Positions 1-10,552 are shown, counted from the stretch's first letter. The stretch is DNA of 64,000 nt from Candidatus Lustribacter sp. (GCA_965277805.1 OZ255842.1:1632001-1696000), one strand, 5' to 3'. Notes: generated by a model not told the origin, from the letters alone. Numbers and translations are program-made.

Positions 1-934
1 CCGCGGTCGGAAAGGTCAACAGCAAATCGACCGGGTTCCAGAGCGCTTTGCCGTAGAGCGCCACGGTCACCGACGTGACAGCGATGCCCGTGAACGCGAA
101 CAGCGCCATCACGACCGGCATCACGAGTTGTCCGCGCATCTGCCCGGCCTGTGTTTGCGCGTAGCGCGAGTAGTCCGGAATGTTGAGCGCGAGCGTGGCC
201 CAGAATGAGACGACGCCGATCACCGAGGGAAAGAACGCGGCCCAAAATGCGCCGCCGCTCAGCGTGCCCGGGCTCGCGAGCATGTTGCCGACACCGTGCA
301 CCGCGTCGGCGCCCCACACGAAGAGCGCGATCGCAGCCACCGCCAGCGTCGGCGCGGCCAGCGCGGCAAGACGTCCGATCGCCTGCGGTCCGCGCATCGC
401 GATCCCAACGTTGAGGATCCAGAACAAACCGAACGCCACCCAAAGATGAAGGCTGAACCCGAGCCACGCCGGCACCAAACGGCCCACGATCGCATCGAGC
501 GCCAAACCGCCGAACCACGAATTGATCCCGAACCAGCCCGCCGCGATCACCGCGCGCGCGAGCGCCGGTAAGTGCGCGCCGCGCGTGCCGAACCACAGCC
601 GTGCGAAGACGGGATACGGGATGCCGTAGCGCGTGCCGGCATGCGCGACGAGCAGAATCGGGATCAGCACGACCACGCTGCCGGTGAACACCGTCAGCAC
701 GGCTTGCCACCAGTTCATGCCGAGCGAAATCATGCCGCTCGCCAGCGAGTAGGTCGGTATGCACAAGCACATCCCGATCCAGAGCGAAGCGAAACGGTTC
801 GAGCCCCAGTCGTGCTCCGCGCGCGTGCACGGCCGCAGATCGTCGTTCCAGAACTCGGTGTTCTGCGCCACCGCAGCGACGCCGGCGGCATTGAGCGTGA
901 CGATGCCGTTCTCGAGAACCTGCGTCTTGGGCAC
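1..934 (-). CDS. NCS1-family nucleobase:cation symporter (uracil/dihydropyrimidine permease); runs off the left edge of the window
   Basis: Not in the ORF track. Hand translation from GTG at 934, which overlaps the upstream TAG (TAGTG): MPKTQVLENG...WNDDLRP...FASLWIGMCLCIPTYSLASGMISLGMNWWQA...HAGTRYGIPYPVFARLWFG...WATLALNIPDYSRYA, all typical NCS1 motifs. Confidence 0.9.
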   Translation of the reverse strand, partial: MPKTQVLENGIVTLNAAGVAAVAQNTEFWNDDLRPCTRAEHDWGSNRFASLWIGMCLCIPTYSLASGMISLGMNWWQAVLTVFTGSVVVLIPILLVAHAGTRYGIPYPVFARLWFGTRGAHLPALARAVIAAGWFGINSWFGGLALDAIVGRLVPAWLGFSLHLWVAFGLFWILNVGIAMRGPQAIGRLAALAAPTLAVAAIALFVWGADAVHGVGNMLASPGTLSGGAFWAAFFPSVIGVVSFWATLALNIPDYSRYAQTQAGQMRGQLVMPVVMALFAFTGIAVTSVTVALYGKALWNPVDLLLTFPTA

Positions 935-1818
935 TAGATCTCGACCATCTCACCGTACGTTTCGGGCCGGCGGTCGCGATAGAACTGCCACGTGTTGCGC
1001 ACTTCTTCGATCAGGCGGCGGTCCATATCGCCGATCACGACCTCATCTTTGTCGCGGCTCCCGATCGCCACGAACTGACCGCGCGGGTCGACCAGATAGG
1101 ACTGGCCGTAGAACTCGCCCATGTTCCAGGGCGCTTCGAAACCGACACGATTGATCGCGCCGACGTAGTAGCCGTTGGCCACCGCGTGCGCGGGCTGCTC
1201 GAGCTTCCACAGGTATTCGGAGAGTCCGGCGACGGTGGCCGAGGGGTTGAACACGATCTCGGCGCCGTTGAGGCCGAGCAGCCGCGCGCCTTCGGGGAAG
1301 TGGCGGTCGTAGCAAATGTAGGCGCCGATGCGCGCAAACTTCGTCTGGAACGTCGGAAAACCGGCGTTACCGGGTTTGAAGTAATACTTCTCCCAGAACC
1401 CGCAGCCGGCCGGCCCCGCCGCCACTTGCGGAATGTGGTGCTTGCGATAGATGCCGAGCACCGAACCATCGGCGTCGATGATCACCGCGGTGTTGTAGTA
1501 CACGCCGCTGATCGTGCGTTCGTACAGCGGCACGACGAGCGCGATGCCGAGTTCGCGCGCGAGATCCTGCATCAGGCGCGTCGTCGGACCGTCGGGCACG
1601 ACCTCGGTCGCTTCGTACCATTTCGGATCTTGCTCGGTGCAGAAATAGGGACCGTAGAAGAGCTCTTGCAAGCACACGATCTGCGCGCCCTTTTGGGCCG
1701 CCTCGCGGATCATCTTCACGTGCTTGTCGATCGCGACGCGTTTGTGCACCTCGACCGGCTCTCCGCCCGGTGTGTCATGGTGCGCTTGGACGAGTCCGAT
1801 TTTTACGATGTCGCTCAC
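934..1818 (-). CDS. Beta-ureidopropionase / N-carbamoyl-beta-alanine amidohydrolase (nitrilase superfamily)
   Basis: Glu-Lys-Cys triad motifs CLQELF, YRKHHIP, ICYDRHFPE; FWEKYYFKPG; lies downstream of dihydropyrimidinase. Confidence 0.88.
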   Translation of the reverse strand: MSDIVKIGLVQAHHDTPGGEPVEVHKRVAIDKHVKMIREAAQKGAQIVCLQELFYGPYFCTEQDPKWYEATEVVPDGPTTRLMQDLARELGIALVVPLYERTISGVYYNTAVIIDADGSVLGIYRKHHIPQVAAGPAGCGFWEKYYFKPGNAGFPTFQTKFARIGAYICYDRHFPEGARLLGLNGAEIVFNPSATVAGLSEYLWKLEQPAHAVANGYYVGAINRVGFEAPWNMGEFYGQSYLVDPRGQFVAIGSRDKDEVVIGDMDRRLIEEVRNTWQFYRDRRPETYGEMVEI

Positions 1819-1834
1819 GTTCTTGGGTGTCCTA

Positions 1835-3241
1835 TTACAGTGCGATGGGGCGGAAGGGAGCGGATTTTTGACGGATGCCTTTGCCCGTCTCGCCGACGTA
1901 GCTGCCGTTTTCAGCCACCAATCGTCCGCGCGAGAGCACGTAGCGCGGACCGCCGCGGATCGACATGCCCTCGAAGATGCTGTTGTCGGCTTTCATGTGA
2001 TGCGACGACGCCGAGATCGTCCGCTCGCTCGACGGATCCCAGACGACGAGGTCGCCGTCGGTTCCGACCGCAATCGTGCCCTTACGCGGGAAAAGCCCGA
2101 ACAGCTTGGCCGGATTCGTCGACACCATCGCGACGAACTGGTTGAGCCCCACGAAGCCGCTATTGACGATGCGCTCGTAGATCACGGCCACACGATCTTC
2201 GATCGTCGCGGCACCGTTCGGGATCTTCGAGAAATCGTTTTCGCCGAGCTTCTTCTGCTCGCACAAAAACGAACAGTGGTCGGAGCCGATCGTCTGCAGT
2301 TCGCCGTTCTTCAGCTTGCCGATCAGAACGTCTTGGTTCCACTTATCGCGCAGCGGCGGCGACATCACGTAGTTCGCGCCGGCAAAATCCGGGCGGTCGT
2401 AGTCGGTGGTGTCGCACACGAGATACTGCGGACACGTTTCGCCGTAGATCGGCAAACCGCGCTTGCGGCCGTCGCTGATCTGGTCGGCGGCCCCGCCGCT
2501 CGAAACGTGCACCACGTAGAGCGGCGAACCCGACACCTCGGCGAGATAGATCGCGCGCGCGGTGGCTTCCATCTCGAGCTGCACCGGGCGCGTGAGCGCA
2601 TGATATTTCGGCGCCCGCTGCCCGGCTTCGAGGGCTTCCTTGACGGTGACTTCGATGACGTCGCCGTTCTCGGCGTGCACTTGCACGAGGCCGCCGAATT
2701 TGGCGCAGGCTTGCATCGTGCGAAAGATCGTCTCGTCATCGACCTGCAAGATGTGCTTGTAGGCCATGAAGCACTTGAACGAATTCACGCCTTCTTGCTC
2801 GATCATGACGGGGATCTCTTCGAGCGTTTCCGGCCGCCCATCGGCGATCGTCAGATGGAAGGCGTAGTCGATCGAGGCGTTGCCGGCCGCCTTCTTGTTC
2901 CACGTCTTGAGCGCGTTCGCGAGCGAATCGCCCTTCGTGTGCAACGCGAAATCGACGATCGTCGTGGTGCCGCCGATCGCGGCCGCAGCCGTACCGCTGG
3001 CGAAGTCGTCGGCCGTGACGGTGCCGCCGAACGGCATGTCGAGGTGCGTGTGGGGATCGATGAAGCCTGGAAACACGAGGCAGCCCGACGCATCGATGAC
3101 CTTCGACCCCTCCGCAGTGGGGATCGCGTTTGCGATCGAGGAGATGACCCCGTCCTCAACGAGGATGTCGGCGTCGAACCGGTCGGTTGCCGTGACGATG
3201 GTGCCGCCTTTTACGATGGTACGGATAGCCGTTCTCTCCAC
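1835..3241 (-). CDS. hydA: Dihydropyrimidinase
   Basis: PGFIDPHTHLDMPFGG, GGTTTIVDF, SFKCFMAY, VHAENG, YVMSPPLR, GSDHCSF. Confidence 0.95.
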   Translation of the reverse strand: MERTAIRTIVKGGTIVTATDRFDADILVEDGVISSIANAIPTAEGSKVIDASGCLVFPGFIDPHTHLDMPFGGTVTADDFASGTAAAAIGGTTTIVDFALHTKGDSLANALKTWNKKAAGNASIDYAFHLTIADGRPETLEEIPVMIEQEGVNSFKCFMAYKHILQVDDETIFRTMQACAKFGGLVQVHAENGDVIEVTVKEALEAGQRAPKYHALTRPVQLEMEATARAIYLAEVSGSPLYVVHVSSGGAADQISDGRKRGLPIYGETCPQYLVCDTTDYDRPDFAGANYVMSPPLRDKWNQDVLIGKLKNGELQTIGSDHCSFLCEQKKLGENDFSKIPNGAATIEDRVAVIYERIVNSGFVGLNQFVAMVSTNPAKLFGLFPRKGTIAVGTDGDLVVWDPSSERTISASSHHMKADNSIFEGMSIRGGPRYVLSRGRLVAENGSYVGETGKGIRQKSAPFRPIAL

Positions 3242-4464
3242 GTGTGCGCGCTCTCGCCGCTGTCGACCCGCACCATCGTGATGCAGTTGTCGACCGGGCA
3301 GACCATGCTACACAGATTGCAGCCGACGCAGTGTTCTTCGTCGACCTTCAGGGTGGTTTCGCCGCGCTCGTCGACGAGCCGGTCGATGCACTGGTGGGCC
3401 GCGTCTTCGCACGCGATCCAGCAACGGTTGCAGCTGATGCAGGTGTCGAGGTCGATATTGGCCACGATCTTGTAATCGAGGTTGAGGTCGTTCCAATCGA
3501 CGAAGCGCGGAACGGTCTTGCCCACGATCTCGGCGACCGAAGCGATGCCGCGGTCGTCGAGGTAGTTGTTGAGTCCCTCGATCATGTCGCCGACGATGCG
3601 GAACCCGTCGCGCATTACGGCCGTACACACTTGCACGTTGGTCGAGCCCATCAGCATGAACTCGACGGCGTCGCGCCAGGTCGCGATTCCGCCGATCCCG
3701 GAGATCGGGACCGTCACCTGCGGATCGCGTGCGCAATCGCCGACCATGTTGAGCGCAATCGGCTTGATTGCGGGCCCGCAGAAACCGCCGTGCGACGATT
3801 TCCCGTCGACGTGCGGAATCGGGTTCCAGGTCTCGAGGTCGACTCCCATGAGGCTGTTGATCGTGTTGATCAGGGAGATCGCATCGGCGCCGCCGTGTGC
3901 GGCCGCGCGCGCGGTGTAGCGCACGTCGGTGATGTTCGGCGTGAGCTTCACGATCACCGGAACCTTCGCGGCCTCTTTCGTCCAGCGCGTGATCTGCTCG
4001 ACCAGCTCCGGATCCTGTCCGACGGCCGACCCCATGCCCCGCTCCGACATGCCGTGCGGACAGCCGAAATTCAGCTCGAAGCCGTCGACCGGAACGGTCT
4101 GCACGGCGTTGACGAGATCGTGCCAGGCCTTTTGATTGCAGTCGGTCATCAGCGACGCGACGATCGCGCGATCGGGATATGCGGCTTTGCACTCCGCGAT
4201 CTCGCGCAGGTTGTCGGCCAGCGGACGATCGGTGATCAGCTCGATGTTGTTCATGCCGAGCATTTTGGCCGCGCCTATGTTGAGACCGGCGAAGCGCGAG
4301 GTCACGTTGACGATCGGATCGCCGAGCGTCTTCCACACCACGCCGCCCCAGCCGGCGGCGAACGCGCGCATCACTTGATAACCGGAGTTCGTCGGCGGCG
4401 CCGACGCGAGCCAGAACGGATTCGGACTGCGGATGCCCGCGAGGTTACTCGAGAGGTCGGCCAT
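3211..4464 (-). CDS. preA: NAD-dependent dihydropyrimidine dehydrogenase subunit PreA
   Basis: Starts MADLSSNLAGIRSPNPFWLASAPPT (ATG at 4464 overlaps the preT stop); NNIELITDR, ELNFGCPHGMSERGMG, two C-terminal 4Fe-4S motifs. Confidence 0.95.
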   Translation of the reverse strand: MADLSSNLAGIRSPNPFWLASAPPTNSGYQVMRAFAAGWGGVVWKTLGDPIVNVTSRFAGLNIGAAKMLGMNNIELITDRPLADNLREIAECKAAYPDRAIVASLMTDCNQKAWHDLVNAVQTVPVDGFELNFGCPHGMSERGMGSAVGQDPELVEQITRWTKEAAKVPVIVKLTPNITDVRYTARAAAHGGADAISLINTINSLMGVDLETWNPIPHVDGKSSHGGFCGPAIKPIALNMVGDCARDPQVTVPISGIGGIATWRDAVEFMLMGSTNVQVCTAVMRDGFRIVGDMIEGLNNYLDDRGIASVAEIVGKTVPRFVDWNDLNLDYKIVANIDLDTCISCNRCWIACEDAAHQCIDRLVDERGETTLKVDEEHCVGCNLCSMVCPVDNCITMVRVDSGESAHTWRERLSVPS

Positions 4465-5768
4465 TAACGCGCTCCTTTCCGTAGAAAACCGTCGACGGTT
4501 CGGGCCGCCGTCTTGCCGCGCTCGGCCGCTTCGACGACCATCGCATCGCTTGCGCCCGCGCGGAACATGCAATCGCCGGCCGCAAACACGGCCGGTTTGT
4601 TCGTGCGCATGTCCGAGTCGACCACGACCACGCCGTGTTCGTGCACCACCCCGAACGCATCGAGCAGGGCGGCGAACTTCGACTGACCGATCGCCGGGAT
4701 CACGTTGTCGACCGGGATCACGTACTCGCTGCCCGCGATCGGCCGCGCGGTGCCGGCCGGGTCGGTGCGAATCAGCTCGAGTCCCGTCACGCGGCCGGCC
4801 ATCGTGATGATGCGGTGCGGCAGCACGTTGAAGCGAAACTCCACGCCTTCGCTCTTCGCGAACTCGATCTCGAATTCGTAGGCGGTCATGCGCTCGGGGC
4901 CGCGACGGTAGAACATCGTCACCGAGCTCGCGCCCAAACGCTTCGAGGCGGTCGCCGCATCGATCGCGGTGTTACCGCCGCCGATCACCGCGACTGTGTC
5001 GCCGAGACCCGGAACGACGCCGTCGAGCTTCGCGGTACGAATGAAGTCGAGGGCGTCATAAACGCCGGCGGCATCTTCGCCCGGAATGTTCAGCTTCGGC
5101 ACCTTGCCCATGCCGAAGGCGATCACGACCGCGTCGTAATCGGCCAGCAGTTTCTCCGCCGCCAGATCCGTGCCGACGTTCACGCCGGTTTGGATGTCGA
5201 CGCCCAAACGCCGCACTTGCTCGGCTTCCCACACCGCCACGTCGACCGGCAGGCGGAACGGCACGATGCCGTAGGTGTTGAGTCCGCCGGCGAGATCATC
5301 GCGCTCGAAGATCGTCACCGCGTGACCCATGATCGCGAGATCGCGAGCGGCTGAAAGACCGGCCGGGCCGCCGCCGACGATGGCGACGCGCTTGCCGGTT
5401 GCCGGTCCCGGCTTGAAGAGCAGCCGCCCGTCGGCGATCAGCCAGTCGGTCGCGTGCTGCTGCAATTGGCCGATGCGGATCGGCGAGTTGTCGGGCGCAT
5501 AGACGCACGCGCCCTCGCACAACTCGTCGGTCGGACATACGCGGGCGCAGCTGGCGCCCATCGGGTTCGCTTCCATGATCGTCCGCGCGCTGCCGGCCAG
5601 ATCGCCGGCGGCGATGCGCCGGATGAAGCGCGGGATGTCGATTGAGGTCGGGCACGCGGCCATACACGGCGCGTCGTAGCAGTTGAGACACCGGTTCGCC
5701 TCGACTTTAACGTCGAGCGGCGTCATGGGTTCGGCCATCGGCGGGCCGAGTACACGGGACGAGTCCAT
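4464..5768 (-). CDS. preT: Dihydropyrimidine dehydrogenase subunit PreT (GltD-like flavoprotein)
   Basis: EANRCLNCYDAPCMAACPT, CARVCPTDELCEGAC, GGGPAG, GGGNTAIDAA. Start is ATG 5768 or ATG 5738. Confidence 0.92.
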   Translation of the reverse strand: MDSSRVLGPPMAEPMTPLDVKVEANRCLNCYDAPCMAACPTSIDIPRFIRRIAAGDLAGSARTIMEANPMGASCARVCPTDELCEGACVYAPDNSPIRIGQLQQHATDWLIADGRLLFKPGPATGKRVAIVGGGPAGLSAARDLAIMGHAVTIFERDDLAGGLNTYGIVPFRLPVDVAVWEAEQVRRLGVDIQTGVNVGTDLAAEKLLADYDAVVIAFGMGKVPKLNIPGEDAAGVYDALDFIRTAKLDGVVPGLGDTVAVIGGGNTAIDAATASKRLGASSVTMFYRRGPERMTAYEFEIEFAKSEGVEFRFNVLPHRIITMAGRVTGLELIRTDPAGTARPIAGSEYVIPVDNVIPAIGQSKFAALLDAFGVVHEHGVVVVDSDMRTNKPAVFAAGDCMFRAGASDAMVVEAAERGKTAARTVDGFLRKGAR

Positions 5769-5841
5769 CCGGGAAGGAACGAGACGCAGCCGCCGTAATC
5801 CTCTATGTTTCTGGCCAACGCATCCCATTGGAGAGACGCGC

Positions 5842-7197
5842 GTGATCGTCACCGAAGACCTCAAGACCCTGCACCGTGACTACGTCCTGACGCCCTGGAT
5901 CGCCCAAGGCAACGTCGACGTTCCGGTGATCGTGCGCGGCGAGGGGTTCTATCTTTACGACGCCGACGGGAAGCGTTACGCCGACCTCTCCTCGGGGCTC
6001 GTCGCGGTCAATCTCGGGCACGGCAACCGTACGGTGCTCGACGCAATGCACGCGCAAATCGACAAGCTCTGCTTCAGCCCGCCGAGCTGGTTCCAAGACT
6101 CCCGGGCCAAGCTCGCCCAGGCGATCGTTGCCATTTCACCCTGGGGCGGCAAGGAGGGCGCGCGCGTTTTCTTCACCTCCAGCGGCGCGCAAGCGAATGA
6201 AGACGCGGTCAAGTTCGCCCGCATGCTGACGGGGCGAAACAAGGTCCTGACCGCATACCGCTCGTTCCACGGCGCAGCCGCCGGCGCGGCCGCACTCACC
6301 GGCGAGAACCGCCGCTGGAGCAACGAGCCCGACACGATGCCGGGTGTGGTGCACTTCTGGGCCAACTACCCCTATCGCAGCCCCTTCTACAGCGAGGATC
6401 CCAAGGTGCAGGTCGAGCGCGGACTCGCCCACCTGCGCGACGTGATCTCGGCCGAAAACCCCGATTCGATCGCGGCCATTTTGCTCGAACCGGTGGTCGG
6501 TTCGAACGGCGTCATCGTGCCGGCCGACGGCTATCTGGCCGGCATCCGCGCGCTGTGCGACGAGTTCGGCATCCTGCTGATCCTCGACGAAGTAATGACC
6601 GGCTTCGGCCGCACCGGCGCCGCATTCGGCGCAACCCGTTTCGATATCGTGCCGGATATGATCACCTTCGCGAAGGGTGTCACCTCGGCGTACTCACCGT
6701 TGGGCGGCGTGCTGGTGCGCGAATCCCTCGCGCAGGCCTTCGATACACGGCCGCTCGGCGCGGGCCACACCTACAGCGGTCACCCGCTCAACATGGCGGC
6801 CGGCATCGGCGCGATCGCGGCCTATCAGGCCGGCGGATACTTCGAACGCGGGAAGACGACGATCGAAGGCTGGATGCGCCAGAAACTCGGCAAGATCCAG
6901 GATAAGCACGAGATCGTCGGCGACGTGCGCGGCATCGGCGCGTTCTTCGCACTCGAGTTCGTCTCGGATCGCAAGAAGCGCACGCCGCTGATCCCGTGGC
7001 AGGGGAAGAGCATGGGCGTCATGCCGACCCTCTTCGGCGCGCTGCGCAAAGGTGGCGTCTACGCGTTCGGCCGTTACAACCTCATCCACATCGCCCCGCC
7101 GCTCACGGTCGAGGAAGCCGAACTCGACGAAGCCTTCGCGACGCTGGACAGCGCCATCGGTGAACTCGAAACCGCCTACGCCGCTTCGCAAAAATAA
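5842..7197 (+). CDS. Class-III PLP aminotransferase, probably beta-alanine:pyruvate/2-oxoglutarate aminotransferase
   Basis: GKRYADLSSGLVAVNLGHG, SFHG, ILDEVMTGFGRTG, DMITFAKG (PLP lysine); GGAGAG upstream of GTG 5842. Substrate inferred from context. Confidence 0.85.
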   Translation: MIVTEDLKTLHRDYVLTPWIAQGNVDVPVIVRGEGFYLYDADGKRYADLSSGLVAVNLGHGNRTVLDAMHAQIDKLCFSPPSWFQDSRAKLAQAIVAISPWGGKEGARVFFTSSGAQANEDAVKFARMLTGRNKVLTAYRSFHGAAAGAAALTGENRRWSNEPDTMPGVVHFWANYPYRSPFYSEDPKVQVERGLAHLRDVISAENPDSIAAILLEPVVGSNGVIVPADGYLAGIRALCDEFGILLILDEVMTGFGRTGAAFGATRFDIVPDMITFAKGVTSAYSPLGGVLVRESLAQAFDTRPLGAGHTYSGHPLNMAAGIGAIAAYQAGGYFERGKTTIEGWMRQKLGKIQDKHEIVGDVRGIGAFFALEFVSDRKKRTPLIPWQGKSMGVMPTLFGALRKGGVYAFGRYNLIHIAPPLTVEEAELDEAFATLDSAIGELETAYAASQK

Positions 7198-7200
7198 TAT

Positions 7201-7971
7201 CTGAAGATCGCCACCTACAATATCAACGGCATCGAGCGGCGTTTGCAGAACCTGCTCGATTGGCTGCGCGCCGCTGCGCCCGACGTCGTTTGTTTGCAAG
7301 AGATCAAGTGCACGAACGCCGCCTTTCCACAGGCGGACTTAGAACGAGCGGGTTACGGTGCGATTTGGCGCGGCCAAGGGCCGCACCACGGCGTTGCGAT
7401 TCTCGCGCGCGATACCGAGCCGATCGAAACGCGTCGCGAACTTCCCGGTGATCCGAGCGACCGGGAAGCGCGCTACATCGAGGCAGCGGTCAACGGCGTG
7501 TTGGTGGGCAGCATCTACATGCCCAACGGCAACCCGCAGCCCGGTCCGAAATTCGACTACAAGCTCGCCTGGTTCGCGCGCTTTCTCACCTATGCGGCCG
7601 AGTTGCAAGCAGCGAACGTTCCGGCCGTGCTCGCCGGCGATTACAACGTCGTGCCGACCGACGCCGACATCTACGACGTGCGTTCATGGAAAGATAACGC
7701 GCTCGTCCAGCCCGAACCGCGCGCCTTGTTCGCGCTGATGAACGATCGTGGCTGGACCGACGCCGTGCGTTCACTCCATCCCGACGAACCGATGTACACG
7801 TTCTGGAGCTACCTGCGCAAGCGCTGGGAGCGCGACGCCGGCATGCGCCTCGACCATCTGATGCTCGGCCGCGCAATCACCGCACGCCTAGCCGCGGCCG
7901 GCGTCGATCGCGAGGTGCGCGGCGAGCCGAACGCGAGCGATCACGCGCCCGCATGGATCACCTTGTCGTAG
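7201..7971 (+). CDS. xth: Exodeoxyribonuclease III / AP endonuclease
   Basis: The conserved N-terminus (L)KIATYNING begins at CTG 7201, upstream of the ORF-track start; also CLQEIK, YMPNG, GDYNV, RLDH, SDHAP. Confidence 0.92.
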   Translation: MKIATYNINGIERRLQNLLDWLRAAAPDVVCLQEIKCTNAAFPQADLERAGYGAIWRGQGPHHGVAILARDTEPIETRRELPGDPSDREARYIEAAVNGVLVGSIYMPNGNPQPGPKFDYKLAWFARFLTYAAELQAANVPAVLAGDYNVVPTDADIYDVRSWKDNALVQPEPRALFALMNDRGWTDAVRSLHPDEPMYTFWSYLRKRWERDAGMRLDHLMLGRAITARLAAAGVDREVRGEPNASDHAPAWITLS

Positions 7972-9472
7972 GAAAGACGTACTCGGCGCCCGATGCGGCC
8001 TTGGGCCAGCGCGTCGTCGTGGTTTTCAGACGCGTGTAGAAGCGGATGCCTTCCATGCCGTGCATCGCGTGGTCGCCGAAAATCGAACGCTTCCAGCCGC
8101 CGAAACTATGGAAGGCCATCGGCACCGGGATCGGCACGTTGATGCCGACCATGCCGGCTTGCACCGCGCGATCGAACGTGCGCGCCGTGCCGCCGTCGCG
8201 CGTGAAAATCGAGGTCCCGTTGCCGAACTCGTGCGCGTTGATCAGCTTCAACGCTTCGTCGAGCGACTTCACGCGTACGATGCCGAGCACCGGGCCGAAA
8301 ATTTCCTCGCGATACACCCGCATCTCCGGCTTCACGCCGTCGAAAAGCGTGCCGCCGACGAAGAACCCGTCGCCCGACCGTTTGAACGTACGGCCGTCGA
8401 GGACCGCCTTCGCACCCTCGTTGATGCCGGTCTCGATATACGACGTCACCTTATCGCGGTGCACGCCGGTCACGAGCGGTCCCATTTCGACGCCGTCCTC
8501 GAGGCCGCCGCCGATTTTCAGCGCCGTGATCTTGGGACGGAGCCGTTCGATTAGCGCATCCGCAACCTCGTCGCCGACGGCGACGGCGATCGAGATCGCC
8601 ATGCAGCGCTCGCCGGCCGAACCGAAGGCGGAACCCATCAGTGCATCCACCGCCGAATCCAAATCCGCGTCGGGCATCACCACCAGATGGTTCTTCGCGC
8701 CGCCCAGGGCTTGCACGCGTTTGCCGGCCACGGTGCCGGTCTTGTACACGTATTCGGCGATCGGCGTCGAGCCGACGAAACTGACCGAGTTGATGCCGGG
8801 ATGCGCGAGAATCGCATCGACCGCGACCTTGTCGCCGTTGACGACGTTGAACACACCGGCCGGCAAACCGGCTTCGGTGAGCAACGCCGCGAGCTCGAGC
8901 GCGAGCGACGGATCTTTCTCGCTCGGCTTCATGATGAACGTGTTGCCGCAGGCGATCGAAACCGGAAACATCCACATCGGCACCATTGCCGGAAAATTGA
9001 ACGGTGAGATTCCGGCGCATACGCCGAGCGGCTGACGCCGCGCGTGGCTGTCGACGCCGGTGCTGACTTGTTCGGTCAGCTCGCCCTTCAACAAATGCGG
9101 AATGCCGCACACGAACTCCACCACCTCGAGCCCGCGCGCGAGTTCACCCTGCGAATCGCTGAACGTCTTGCCGTGCTCGGCCGTAATCAACGCGGCCAGA
9201 CGGTCGGCATCGCGCAACAGCAGCTCGCGAAAACGGAACATCACGGTCGCGCGCCGCGCCGGCGGCAGATCCGACCAGGCGGGGAACGCGGCGGCCGCTG
9301 CCGCTACCGCCGCATCGACCTCGGCAACGCTTGCAAAGGCGACCCGGCCGGTCTTCAGACCGGTTGCCGGGTCGAACACCTCACCCGCGCGGCCGGACGT
9401 GCCGGCAACGCGCTTGCCCCCGATGTAGTGACCGATGTCGGTGACGGCGTTTGGGGACTGGATGGTTTGCAT
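7958..9472 (-). CDS. mmsA: CoA-acylating (methyl)malonate-semialdehyde dehydrogenase
   Basis: [56 protein letters not shown]. Confidence 0.95.
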   Translation of the reverse strand: MQTIQSPNAVTDIGHYIGGKRVAGTSGRAGEVFDPATGLKTGRVAFASVAEVDAAVAAAAAAFPAWSDLPPARRATVMFRFRELLLRDADRLAALITAEHGKTFSDSQGELARGLEVVEFVCGIPHLLKGELTEQVSTGVDSHARRQPLGVCAGISPFNFPAMVPMWMFPVSIACGNTFIMKPSEKDPSLALELAALLTEAGLPAGVFNVVNGDKVAVDAILAHPGINSVSFVGSTPIAEYVYKTGTVAGKRVQALGGAKNHLVVMPDADLDSAVDALMGSAFGSAGERCMAISIAVAVGDEVADALIERLRPKITALKIGGGLEDGVEMGPLVTGVHRDKVTSYIETGINEGAKAVLDGRTFKRSGDGFFVGGTLFDGVKPEMRVYREEIFGPVLGIVRVKSLDEALKLINAHEFGNGTSIFTRDGGTARTFDRAVQAGMVGINVPIPVPMAFHSFGGWKRSIFGDHAMHGMEGIRFYTRLKTTTTRWPKAASGAEYVFPTTR

Positions 9473-9493
9473 GGCGTGCCTCGTGTGGTGAAG

Positions 9494-10552
9494 CTAGCTC
9501 TTGAAGCGCGGGAACAGACGCTGGGCATTCTTCTCAAAGATACCCTTCTTCTGCTCGTCGGTCAGCCAGCTGATGCTCTCGATCGTCGGTTTGAGATCGT
9601 CGTACGGCTTGCCGGTCACCGGATCTTTGCCCGAGCCGCTGCCGGGACGCTCGGTACCGAAAACGCACCGGTCGGGTCCGACGACGTCGAAGAGCAAGTC
9701 CAGCGATTTTTGGTTGTGCAGACAGGTGTCGAACCAGAAGCGTTTGAGCGTCGTGTCGAACGTCTCGGTCTTAACGGCCGACTTGCCGACGAACTTCGCC
9801 GTTTTGGCGTCGGTGGCGCCGCGGAACTCGAAGCCCGATTCGGACTTGCCTTTGTGCATCTCGCGATTCGAGCGCCAGCGCCCGATCTGGTAGGGAATCG
9901 ATCCGCCACCGTGGCTGATCAGCAGATTGAGTTCCGGATAGCGATCGAACACGTCGGAGCGTGCGATCGACGTGATCGCCAGGCTCTCTTCGGTGACGAA
10001 GTGTTCGTCGTAGGTCTCGCGTCCGCAGCAGCCGCCGCTATGAACGTGCAGCGGGATCTTCATCGAGATAGCCTTCTCGTAGAGCGGATACCAATACGGG
10101 TCGGCGAGCGTCGGCGTTTGATCGAGGCCTTCACCCGGGTCGGGGTTGAGCAGCATGCCGATGAAGCCAAGCTCGTTGATCGCGTAGTCGATTTCGTCGA
10201 ACGTGGTTTCGATCGGCAGCCCCGAGCATTGCGGAATACCGGCGATCCCGCGAAAGCGCGTCGGGTGAAATTTCACCGTCTTGGCGATCAGCTCGTTGTT
10301 CGAGCGCGCCCAAAGTTGCGAATCGGTGAAGCGGCCGCGGTGGATCTGCTGGAACGGGCGCGGCGAGATGAATTGAATGTCGGTCCCGACCTCATCCATC
10401 AGCTTGACGTTGCTGTCGGCCGATTTCCGGAGTTCGTCGTCCGAGACCGCGGCTAGGGCGGCGCCGTGCTGGCCGCCCGAAACGATGAGGGTGCTCCGGT
10501 ACGCATAGAGCGTCGGCGGAGCAACCAAGTGCGCGTGCGCGTCGATAATCAT
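9494..10552 (-). CDS. Amidohydrolase_2 family protein, LigJ (4-oxalomesaconate hydratase)-like
   Basis: MIIDAHAH, QFISPRP, LLNPDP, HGGGSIPYQIGRWR, FDT, FGTERPGSG. Confidence 0.75.
   Translation of the reverse strand: MIIDAHAHLVAPPTLYAYRSTLIVSGGQHGAALAAVSDDELRKSADSNVKLMDEVGTDIQFISPRPFQQIHRGRFTDSQLWARSNNELIAKTVKFHPTRFRGIAGIPQCSGLPIETTFDEIDYAINELGFIGMLLNPDPGEGLDQTPTLADPYWYPLYEKAISMKIPLHVHSGGCCGRETYDEHFVTEESLAITSIARSDVFDRYPELNLLISHGGGSIPYQIGRWRSNREMHKGKSESGFEFRGATDAKTAKFVGKSAVKTETFDTTLKRFWFDTCLHNQKSLDLLFDVVGPDRCVFGTERPGSGSGKDPVTGKPYDDLKPTIESISWLTDEQKKGIFEKNAQRLFPRFKS

Noticed and set aside
3221-3241. Non-canonical ATC start for hydA (GGAGAG-N7-ATC CGT ACC)
   Set aside because: A usable in-frame GTG lies five codons upstream, so no unusual start is needed.
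1724-3475. Long + strand ORF (583 aa) and similar long shadow ORFs (3244..4467, 9044..10456, 13422..14780, 24484..25809, 27074..28270, 28667..30091, 33341..34783, 60723..62627)
   Set aside because: Antisense to well-supported genes; the Arg/Val/Asp/His-rich composition is typical of reverse frames in high-GC DNA, with no family motifs.
7195-7200. Selenocysteine/pyrrolysine read-through fusing the aminotransferase to Xth
   Set aside because: The stop is TAA, not TGA or TAG, and both proteins are complete on their own.
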